Source: a virus (lineage: Duplodnaviria > Caudoviricetes). From it: DNA of 52,607 nucleotides. Of this stretch, positions 45,896 to 52,607 are shown in pieces. The first letter of the stretch is position 1. The number at the start of each line of letters is the position of its first letter. A program made the translations under genes and the position numbers. Below the pieces are notes generated by a model, which made no database searches, was not told the DNA's origin, and saw only the letters and a list, made by a program, of their open reading frames with translations. The DNA lies in the IMG/VR virus record IMGVR_UViG_3300036861_000357, positions 1 through 52,607 of that record. One strand, written 5' to 3'.

Positions 45896-46369
45896 CTATT
45901 CCGGAGTCCCCTGTTCCTGAGATCGTTCCGGAAGATCCTTCGGAGCCTCGATGACGATGAGGTCGCCCCCGTCGAAGACGATCCGGCCTCCGAATTGGAG
46001 GAGGGCGTCGGTGAGGGCCTTCTTCAGCCCTGAGAAGTTGGGGACTTTTCTGAACTTGATCTCCTTCGTACGTGGCGGCGTCGTGAAGTAGACTCCACCA
46101 ACTCGCCCTTGATCGCAATAGGGGACTTCCTTGGCTTCGACTTCCTTCGGCACCTGGCCCCCTTCCAGTCGTTTCTCCAGGATGGGATTCCGGAAGATAT
46201 CGAAGAGAGTACCCTCGACCATCCTCTGCGCGGAGACGACGGAGACGCGCGCGTCTGAGTTTCCGGGGAAAGGGCCACTCACCTCTTTCACCAGAGTGGC
46301 GCAGGCAAGGGCGAGTTCCTGGATGGCGAAGCTCAGGATGACCGCCTGTTCTTTCTCCATCGCCATCAT
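45896..46369 (-). CDS. hypothetical protein
   Basis: start refined to MMAMEKEQ with ATGA overlap. Confidence 0.6.
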   Translation of the reverse strand: MMAMEKEQAVILSFAIQELALACATLVKEVSGPFPGNSDARVSVVSAQRMVEGTLFDIFRNPILEKRLEGGQVPKEVEAKEVPYCDQGRVGGVYFTTPPRTKEIKFRKVPNFSGLKKALTDALLQFGGRIVFDGGDLIVIEAPKDLPERSQEQGTPE

Positions 46370-47331
46370 CCTTTCGCCTTCGGCGTCTTGCGCCCACCTC
46401 CGGTCGGCACCCGTATCGGCGCCGCCACGGGGGCCTTCGGCGCGGACGCTCCCGCTCCCGCAACCGCCCGAGGGGCAGGGGCCGCTGGCTTCGGCGCGGA
46501 GACCGCTACCGGCCCTGCGGGAGGCCGGGAGGCGACCTTGGGCTGCCCTGCGGGGCGAGGGCCGGCGGGCAACGGCATAGCCTCTGCGAGCTTCGCGAGC
46601 TTTGCCTCTGCTCGGGTGGCCTGGGCCGCCGCTAGGTCTCCCATCTGAACCTTGCCGGCCCCCGGGTCCACGAGTCTCGGGGCGCCGGTCGCCTTGGCCG
46701 CCGCGATCTGGCCGGCGGGGGTACTCGGGTCCGCGCCTGCTCCCTCGATGAGCTTGGCCCCCGGGATGGTCGCGACCTCGGTCTCGTCCGTCCCGCTCAC
46801 CCCGGCAAGGGAGTAGGTGACACGGTTTTTGGCCTTGGTGATCGCGGTCATCATCGCGTTGCTCAGTTCGGCCGGAGGGTACAGGTTTCCCTCCACGTTC
46901 ACCACCGGCACCACACCAATGTCCTCGTCCTCCCGATTCTCCGGAGTCCGCGCCGTGACGTGGACGATGTAGACCCCGGCCTCGATCTGGAGCTTCTGCT
47001 CCTTGATCGCGCACGAGATCCCCTTGTTCGCTCGAAGCTGGCTTGCACGGTCCTTCGTGCTGACCAGCATCATCTTCCCGTCCTTGGCCTTGCCCCACAT
47101 GTAGGGCCGCTGAAGGATCGAAATGTTCTCCTCCTTGCATTTCCGTTGGACGAGAAGAAGGCGCTGGACGATGGGGAGCTTCGAGTAGTCCCCCATCATG
47201 ATAGCGGCCTCGATCGCGAGGAGGTCGTCGTCGGTGGCGTCTTCGAGGCGAATCAGCTTGCCGAAGGGCTGGCGGTTGACGGTGAGGGCCTCGACCGGAG
47301 CTTCGGCTGGTTCTTCCTGCGACTCGCTCAT
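46366..47331 (-). CDS. putative single-strand annealing protein / recombinase
   Basis: NAMMTAITKAKNRVTYSLAG..GTDETEV motif; AAGGAG SD; close to the exonuclease gene. Confidence 0.6.
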   Translation of the reverse strand: MSESQEEPAEAPVEALTVNRQPFGKLIRLEDATDDDLLAIEAAIMMGDYSKLPIVQRLLLVQRKCKEENISILQRPYMWGKAKDGKMMLVSTKDRASQLRANKGISCAIKEQKLQIEAGVYIVHVTARTPENREDEDIGVVPVVNVEGNLYPPAELSNAMMTAITKAKNRVTYSLAGVSGTDETEVATIPGAKLIEGAGADPSTPAGQIAAAKATGAPRLVDPGAGKVQMGDLAAAQATRAEAKLAKLAEAMPLPAGPRPAGQPKVASRPPAGPVAVSAPKPAAPAPRAVAGAGASAPKAPVAAPIRVPTGGGRKTPKAKG

Positions 47332-47564
47332 GCTTGGTCTCCTTCGCCCGGCTCTACCGGGTAGAGAAACTGGAATTGTCCTGGCTGCGGAGGTCCCTCG
47401 CTGTAGGGGAGGCCGTCGTGGTCCGGGCAAGGAAACTCGAAGCTGTGGTAGGGGATGATTATCCCCCATGTCGATGGCCTCCTGTTTTCAAGATCCCAGG
47501 TCGATGGGTGGTCCCAGGTATGCGCCCCCACCGGACACAGGTGAATCCAAGTCGGCGCCCTCAT
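47328..47564 (-). CDS. small hypothetical protein (H.C...H.W...CPDH)
   Basis: ATGA overlaps at both ends. Confidence 0.5.
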   Translation of the reverse strand: MRAPTWIHLCPVGAHTWDHPSTWDLENRRPSTWGIIIPYHSFEFPCPDHDGLPYSEGPPQPGQFQFLYPVEPGEGDQA

Positions 47565-48991
47565 TCCCCAGCCTCCTCGCTGTCCGCCAACATTTCCTTG
47601 GGGAGCGGAACGCCTGCCTTCTTGAGCGCCTGTAGCTCGGGCTCGTGGTGTGGTACGCGAAGCTGGTACAACCCGCTCTCCATGATCGCCTCGATCGTGG
47701 TGGGGATCTCGCCCGTGCAGATCGGCAGGTAGGAGCACATCCGACCCCACTTCTTGCACTGCCAGGACTGGGGAATGTGCTCGTCGAGGGCATCCTTCAA
47801 CGGGATGGCACGGCGGGTGGCGTTTCCCTGCCGGTCAGGGTGGCCCGTCGCGTCGTTGTAGACGTCCCAGTTCCTCCGAGGCCACCGGACGAGTTCCTCG
47901 GCCTCCACGCTCCGGAGGTGGCCCGGGATCATCCACGTCTGCCGATCGTAGGGGCCGAGCCTGGTGAGCAGCGCGTTGCGCTCCGCTTCACTCATCACGT
48001 TCTCGACCACATATTCGACGGGCGTCCACCCCTTCGGCCGCTCGGGGTTGATCTCCCAGGTCGAGGTCTTCTTGTACCAGGGGACGCCTCCTTGGCCGCT
48101 TTTGGTCGAGAACTTGTCCTCGGTCACGCCGGGCTCGAACCCCACGTAGCAGTAGTGGACCTGCTGCTGGTAGGGACCCTTGTACTCGTTCGGCCCGGAG
48201 TACATCCGGCGACGCCCGCCCTTGTGAAGGACGTGGAGGGTGTAGTGCGAGACCTTCTCTCCAATCCTCCTCTCGACAGCGAGGGTCTGCGTGGCCTGCT
48301 GAGGGGAAGTCCGGTAGAGTTCGACCTCGTCTTCGCCGACATCGTAGGAGGAGGTCTTGAAGTCGTCCACCCCGAATTGGTTGTCTGATCGTCGGCGGGT
48401 GACGAAGTCGGGGCGGGCCTGGTGGACGAGACCGTTGCAGTCTGCCTTCTGGTGGTCGGCGAGTTCCTCTTTCTTCATCTTCTTCTTGACGAGCGTCTTG
48501 TTCGCCCGCTTGCGCCCGGCTGGGCAATCGCAACCGATGACGAACCATTCCTCTTCCTCGACCGCGACGATCTCGTGCTCGGCGAGAAGGATCGGAAGCT
48601 GCTGGCGCGTCCAGTTCCAGGTGATCCCCTCGACCAGGGCGCACTGCTCGTTGACGGTGCGCTCGACCGCGTCCTCGTTCACGCTCTGGAGGCGCTTCTT
48701 CGCCCGCTCGACCTCGGCCCGGTACTCGTCCTGAGCCGATCGAATGGCGGCCCTCACTTGGGCTCTGGCGTGCTCATTGAGCGGAAATGTGGGCGCGGCC
48801 GAGCCCACCGCCAGCGTGCGGAGGACCCCAGCGAGCGCGGAGTGCGCGCCCTGGCCGGTGAGCAGCGGAATGTTGCGGGCTACTCCGATGATCCCGTAGC
48901 CGTTGGACCCGCCGTGGTAGCGGTGCCAGCGTCGGCGGAGGCACCAGGCCAGGCCGTCCTCCTGCCGCGAGCGATCCGTGTATGTGAGCAT
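47561..48991 (-). CDS. PD-(D/E)xK Cas4/RecB-like exonuclease
   Basis: WCLRR, EEE, RPDFV, VDDFKT, Q; C-terminal QC.....CSY..IC. Confidence 0.8.
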   Translation of the reverse strand: MLTYTDRSRQEDGLAWCLRRRWHRYHGGSNGYGIIGVARNIPLLTGQGAHSALAGVLRTLAVGSAAPTFPLNEHARAQVRAAIRSAQDEYRAEVERAKKRLQSVNEDAVERTVNEQCALVEGITWNWTRQQLPILLAEHEIVAVEEEEWFVIGCDCPAGRKRANKTLVKKKMKKEELADHQKADCNGLVHQARPDFVTRRRSDNQFGVDDFKTSSYDVGEDEVELYRTSPQQATQTLAVERRIGEKVSHYTLHVLHKGGRRRMYSGPNEYKGPYQQQVHYCYVGFEPGVTEDKFSTKSGQGGVPWYKKTSTWEINPERPKGWTPVEYVVENVMSEAERNALLTRLGPYDRQTWMIPGHLRSVEAEELVRWPRRNWDVYNDATGHPDRQGNATRRAIPLKDALDEHIPQSWQCKKWGRMCSYLPICTGEIPTTIEAIMESGLYQLRVPHHEPELQALKKAGVPLPKEMLADSEEAGE

Positions 48992-49045
48992 GGGTGGCGA
49001 TTTTGGTTGGGGGGCCGCTGAGTAGGAGCCGGCCCCCTCGGGAAC

Positions 49046-49405
49046 CTACTGGAGGCCGGTCGCCTCGTCGGTGGCGACCCCACCCCCGTCATCCACGGCC
49101 AGCGGGCGGGCCTTCTTCTTCTTCTTGGCCTTGGCCTTGACCTTCACCGGGGCGGGGGGCCTCGGGGCGGCGACCGGGGCGGTGACGATCTTGGGCTTGG
49201 GCTTGGCGCCGGTCTTCTTCGCCGTCTTCTTCGGCGCCTCGGCCTTGAGCCGATCGTCGATCAGGGCCAGCACCACGTCGCGGACCTCGGGAGACAGCCT
49301 GAGCAGCATCCTCACAATCGTGGCGACGATGACGAGGGCCGTCTCCCCAGCGCCCCCGCGCGGTCCCAGCTTCCTCTTTCCGGACTTCGGCACTCCTCTC
49401 GGCAT
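49046..49405 (-). CDS. basic K/A/P-rich DNA-binding-like protein
   Basis: AGGAGG SD; MPRGVPKSGKRK; histone-H1-like tail. Confidence 0.7.
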   Translation of the reverse strand: MPRGVPKSGKRKLGPRGGAGETALVIVATIVRMLLRLSPEVRDVVLALIDDRLKAEAPKKTAKKTGAKPKPKIVTAPVAAPRPPAPVKVKAKAKKKKKARPLAVDDGGGVATDEATGLQ

Positions 49406-49681
49406 CTAGTTCCTCCTGAAATTGGTGATCTTGTACCTTGAACCGCCCCACTCTTCGAGGCTTGGGGTGCTCTCTCCGCAGAGAACGCACACGAAGCCAC
49501 GATGGCGCGGGTGTGGAATTGGAGCGTGCTCGCCTCTCGTCCGTGCCCAGCAGCGGATCGCGTCCCAGAGTCCGAGTTCGAGGATGTTGTCGTGGCGCCG
49601 GGCGTAGTCGGCGGCGTACCAGATCACCACGAGCAGAGTCGCGAGGACGACGAAGCAGAGGGTCACGATTCCGAGTTGCAC
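49406..49681 (-). CDS. membrane-anchored small Zn-binding protein
   Basis: GTG start 7 nt after the -10 box; TM helix then C..H..CVLCG. Confidence 0.6.
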   Translation of the reverse strand: MQLGIVTLCFVVLATLLVVIWYAADYARRHDNILELGLWDAIRCWARTRGEHAPIPHPRHRGFVCVLCGESTPSLEEWGGSRYKITNFRRN

Positions 49682-49688
49682 GCCAAAG

Positions 49689-49717
49689 ATAATAGTGGGC
49701 GGGGAGGTGGGTGTCAA
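49689..49717 (-). promoter_or_regulatory. sigma70-type promoter (leftward)
   Basis: TTGACA (49717-49712), 17 bp spacer, TATTAT (49694-49689). Confidence 0.8.
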
Positions 49718-49723
49718 GGGTTT

Positions 49724-49756
49724 TTGCATAGCAAGCAAAGAAATCTTGCCTAGCAT
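49724..49756. promoter_or_regulatory. two operator-like imperfect palindromes
   Basis: TTGCATAGCAA (49724-49734) and TTGCCTAGCAT (49746-49756), 22 bp apart. Confidence 0.5.
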
Positions 49757-49764
49757 GTTATCCT
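49756..49764 (+). promoter_or_regulatory. extended -10 promoter (rightward)
   Basis: TGnTATCCT, 6 nt before ATG 49771. Confidence 0.55.
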
Positions 49765-49770
49765 CTCTGC

Positions 49771-50172
49771 ATGGCCGAGGACCAGGACCCCACCACGACG
49801 GGGATCGAGCCTCCCGCCGCCCCCTTGCTGCTCCGCCGAGCATTCGAGGAGAAGCTCGGGCTCGCCGCCGACGTTCCCGCCGTCCCCGTCACCGCTCCAT
49901 CCTCCCGCACCTCCCTGTCCCCCGAGGACCGAAGGGAGCGTGCGGCCTTGGGCGGGCGGGCAAGGGCCAGGAAGCTCCCCGCCCACGCTCGACGCAAGAT
50001 CGCGAAGGCCGGGGCCAAGGGCAGGATCCGCCACAAGCTGCTCAGGGAGCGGGGGGCGGCCCTGCTGTCGCGGCTCGCTCAGCAGGAGCAGGGGAAGCTG
50101 GCCCAGGCGCAGGAGGAGGCGGCGAAGGTGGGGCGGGTGCTGGCCCGGGCAGCGGCTGGGCGCAGTCGGTAG
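49771..50172 (+). CDS. basic helical protein, only + strand gene in the - arm
   Basis: LSPEDRRERAALGGRARARKL...RRKIAKAGAKGR (KGG-repeat-like); own promoter. Confidence 0.6.
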   Translation: MAEDQDPTTTGIEPPAAPLLLRRAFEEKLGLAADVPAVPVTAPSSRTSLSPEDRRERAALGGRARARKLPAHARRKIAKAGAKGRIRHKLLRERGAALLSRLAQQEQGKLAQAQEEAAKVGRVLARAAAGRSR

Positions 50173-50812
50173 CCCCTGGCGGGCTCCAGATCCCCCTCTC
50201 TGCGTCCATGGCGTGGCGCTCGGCGGTGATGAATCGCGCCCGCTGCTTGAAGGCCACCCAGCGATAGACCTTGGCCCAGCCGGCCTCCACCATGGCCTCG
50301 TTGGCGCTCTCCCCCTGTCCCTCCGCGCGGACATAGGCGAGCACCCGCTTGTAGGCGTCCCTCTTCAGGGGGCCGCCATCACCAGAGACGACGACGATCA
50401 CCTCACCCCGATCAGCGCCCAGCAGTCTTTCGAGGGCGCCCCTTGCCTCGACCGCGCAGCGCTCGACCGGCTTGTTTGGATGGTGGAGTTCGGGCGCGTC
50501 GATGCCGAGCAGCCGGACTTTGCCCAAGCTGCCGAGCACCACGGTGTCCCCGTCGATGACCCGCTTGACCCTGTGCCTGCCGGCGAGCCTTGCGCTTCGC
50601 TGCTCGCTCGGCGCGTTTCCTTTCGAGGGCGAGTCGGTGGAGGTCGTTCCGGGAGCGCTCGGCAAAAGCGCGCTCAGCATCAGACAGGGGGCGATCAGGA
50701 GGAGGCTCGTGGTGGCCGGCCGCCTCCAGGATCCTTTGGGCCGCAACTTGCCCGGCGCTGGCGAGCCGAGCCGCGCGCTCACTGACGCTGCGCTTGTCCG
50801 TGGGCGGTGCAT
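50042..50812 (-). CDS. thermonuclease (SNase family)
   Basis: VIDGDT, VRLLGIDAPE, D.Y.R.LAYV, NEAMVEAGWA, RGIW; start uncertain. Confidence 0.85.
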   Translation of the reverse strand: MHRPRTSAASVSARLGSPAPGKLRPKGSWRRPATTSLLLIAPCLMLSALLPSAPGTTSTDSPSKGNAPSEQRSARLAGRHRVKRVIDGDTVVLGSLGKVRLLGIDAPELHHPNKPVERCAVEARGALERLLGADRGEVIVVVSGDGGPLKRDAYKRVLAYVRAEGQGESANEAMVEAGWAKVYRWVAFKQRARFITAERHAMDAERGIWSPPGATDCAQPLPGPAPAPPSPPPPAPGPASPAPAERAATAGPPPAP

Positions 50813-51005
50813 TCTCCTCCTCCTGCTCGGCTCTGAGCCGAGCCTCTTCTCTTGCGACCGCTGCCTCCCAAGCCACGTGGCGCCGCGCATCTCCCTCTGG
50901 GTCGGTGGGCTGGCCGGTATGTGGGTTGGGGCGAGACCCCCGGGGCTCCTCCGCGCGGAGGCGAGCGAGGACTTCGGCGGCAGGCTGGTTCTCGGTGTAC
51001 CTCAT
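50412..51005 (-). CDS. charged helical hypothetical protein overlapping the nuclease gene
   Basis: the first ~140 codons look protein-like; follows directly after the upstream gene. Confidence 0.5.
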   Translation of the reverse strand: MRYTENQPAAEVLARLRAEEPRGSRPNPHTGQPTDPEGDARRHVAWEAAVAREEARLRAEQEEENAPPTDKRSVSERAARLASAGQVAAQRILEAAGHHEPPPDRPLSDAERAFAERSRNDLHRLALERKRAERAAKRKARRQAQGQAGHRRGHRGARQLGQSPAARHRRARTPPSKQAGRALRGRGKGRPRKTAGR

Positions 51006-51012
51006 CTGGGGC

Positions 51013-51180
51013 TCAGCGATAGTCGATCATCGGCTTGTGGCGTCCGCCCTTCTTGTGCCTTTTCACCGTCCCCTTCACCACCGCCGTCCCCACCGCGTAG
51101 GGGTTGACCGCCCCGCCCTTCTTCCCGATCTTCTTCGCGATCCGGTGCGCCTTCTCGATCTGGGGCTTGCTCATCTTCAT
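51013..51180 (-). CDS. 55-aa basic protein (not in ORF track)
   Basis: GGAGG SD; MKMSKPQIEKAHRIAKKIGKKGGAVNPYAVG... Confidence 0.65.
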   Translation of the reverse strand: MKMSKPQIEKAHRIAKKIGKKGGAVNPYAVGTAVVKGTVKRHKKGGRHKPMIDYR

Positions 51181-51192
51181 CGGAGCCTCCGA

Positions 51193-52062
51193 TCAAAAAA
51201 TGAAACTGTTTAATTGGAATCCCGCTGAGTTCTTATGCCCCCCGCCTCCGTACCTCTTTGCAATCTCAGAGACGTCAAGCTCTCCTCTTGAGCGGAGGGA
51301 GTATTGAAACTTTCCATCCGCACGTTGCCACCACCCAACCGAGATGAAGCTCTCGTGCTTGTCCATCAGATGCTCAAGTAGCTCGCTGATGTCGCATTGG
51401 GGCGCGCACACGATAGGAACTTCGGCGCATCCAAGGACGTCAAGGATTCTCGCGTTCTTTCCAACCTCGACGCAGTATTGCTTGACCTTCATTGCCGTGA
51501 TGAGACCACGCTCGATCAGCATGTCCTCGGTGAGCCCGATCAGCTTCTTCCATTCCGCGAACTCGAACGGGATTGCCCCAAGGTAGGCGTTGATCTCTTG
51601 GCTATGTGGTAGCTTCCACCGCCAGAGGTCCCGGTCCTCGACGTAGTTCACAAAGAGTGGTCGCGGGCATCCTTCGTTGAAGTAATCCCAAGCAATCCCG
51701 GCCCCCGAGCGTCCCATGTCGAAGATGACCTCGTCGGGGCTTTCGCTGCTGACCCCCAACCGACCAATATCATCGACCAAGTCCCGAAGATCGGCCTCTG
51801 CCGTCTTGTGGTGGTCGAGAACGTGGATCACCGAGGTGGTTGCGAGCTTCAACATCTTTTCGCGCGGGTAGGAGAAGTCGAGGATGAAGACGTGACCACC
51901 TCCCCGCTCAGGTGGATCGGTCCCGTAGTAGGCGGGGTGGAAATCTGCTTTTCCCTCGAAATAGAGCCACGCGCAAAATGCTGCGGCGAAACCATCTCGG
52001 CAGCCCGCGTGGTAGATAACGAGGGGTGCTCGTGTCTTGGGGAATCGGCGATCCCTTACCAC
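51193..52062 (-). CDS. DHH/DHHA1 phosphoesterase (NrnB-like)
   Basis: VIYH..C.DG, ILDFS, LDHHKT, YSLRS, GGGGHKNSAGF. Confidence 0.9.
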   Translation of the reverse strand: MVRDRRFPKTRAPLVIYHAGCRDGFAAAFCAWLYFEGKADFHPAYYGTDPPERGGGHVFILDFSYPREKMLKLATTSVIHVLDHHKTAEADLRDLVDDIGRLGVSSESPDEVIFDMGRSGAGIAWDYFNEGCPRPLFVNYVEDRDLWRWKLPHSQEINAYLGAIPFEFAEWKKLIGLTEDMLIERGLITAMKVKQYCVEVGKNARILDVLGCAEVPIVCAPQCDISELLEHLMDKHESFISVGWWQRADGKFQYSLRSRGELDVSEIAKRYGGGGHKNSAGFQLNSFIF

Positions 52063-52352
52063 GATGCCCTCACCACCGCCGCCACCTCTGGCCCACCACC
52101 GAAATTGTACCTGGCCCTCGCCACCACTGCCCACTCCGGACCGCGCCCGTCGAGGTTGGAGAACTTGTGGGCGACCATCACCCCACCCCCCTTGTTCGTG
52201 ATCTCTAAGAAGGCGTCGCCGTGGCCGGGGGCCAGTCCAGCGAGGGCGTCCTCGACGGCCCTGCGTAGAGCACCGTTCCCGAACTCCGAGACGGGGAGGG
52301 GATCGGAGAGGCGCTCAAGAGGGATAGACGGGAAGGGCAGGATGTTCCCCAC
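52056..52352 (-). CDS. hypothetical protein
   Basis: GGAGG SD before GTG (VGNILPFP...). Confidence 0.5.
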   Translation of the reverse strand: MGNILPFPSIPLERLSDPLPVSEFGNGALRRAVEDALAGLAPGHGDAFLEITNKGGGVMVAHKFSNLDGRGPEWAVVARARYNFGGGPEVAAVVRASW

Positions 52353-52607
52353 TAGTGGCCTCCCTTTGTTCTTCGCCAGAAGCCCTCGGTCGGCTGCTCG
52401 ATCAGTCCAGCGTCCTTCCACTTGTCGAGTCTTCGATAGATTGCGCTCCGGCTGATGTTGTGCATGGAGGCAATCTGCACGATGCGCTTGGCTGGCATCG
52501 GGGATTCCTCTGGGCCAGGGATTGCGTTGAAAACCTCGTCGGTGTCGGCCTCGATTGCCTTCTCAGCCTCGATCCTCTCGACCTCCTCCTGGGACATCGG
52601 GACAAAG
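52352..52607 (-). CDS. 3' end of a gene cut by the window edge (winged-HTH-like C-terminus)
   Basis: ISRSAIYRRLDKW..AGLIEQ...G.W. Confidence 0.6.
   Translation of the reverse strand, partial: FVPMSQEEVERIEAEKAIEADTDEVFNAIPGPEESPMPAKRIVQIASMHNISRSAIYRRLDKWKDAGLIEQPTEGFWRRTKGGH

Noticed and set aside
47561-48991. Cas4-like nuclease as evidence of a CRISPR system
   Set aside because: No repeat-spacer array or other cas genes; the context near an annealing protein indicates recombination
51002-51196. ORF-track protein MIGGSDEDEQ...
   Set aside because: The alternative frame 51013-51180 has a GGAGG SD and a more protein-like sequence
1-52607. Integrase/att site, tRNA genes, reverse transcriptase or DGR, terminal repeats
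   Set aside because: None recognised by eye; the window ends inside a gene, so lifestyle and completeness cannot be decided

Overview
The window is most of a high-GC tailed dsDNA phage genome, probably short-tailed (podovirus-like), organised as two convergent arms. The + arm (187-35867) runs through small Zn-binding ORFs, a PAPS-reductase-family enzyme, a large terminase split into ATPase and nuclease genes, portal, scaffold, major capsid and adaptor. It continues with several beta-rich proteins carrying Sec-type signal peptides, a lysis cassette with a GH24-type lysozyme, a two-gene nozzle-like module, ejection proteins (including a 2287-aa protein) and tail-fibre-like genes. The - arm (35748-52607) holds a UDG-fused family A DNA polymerase, SLOG protein, C1-like peptidase, PIF1/RecD-like helicase, annealing protein plus PD-(D/E)xK nuclease, thermonuclease and DHH phosphoesterase. 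I saw no integrase, tRNA, rRNA or CRISPR array, and the host cannot be determined. My best candidate for a new system is the set of signal-peptide-bearing, mostly Cys-paired proteins inside the tail operon, which may be exported and added to virions outside the cytoplasm. Other notable signals are the split terminase, an atypical polymerase motif B, a divergent leaderless promoter pair with two candidate operators, a structured capsid leader RNA, and a DnaA box beside an AT-rich tract. All product calls come from motif recognition by eye, with no database search.
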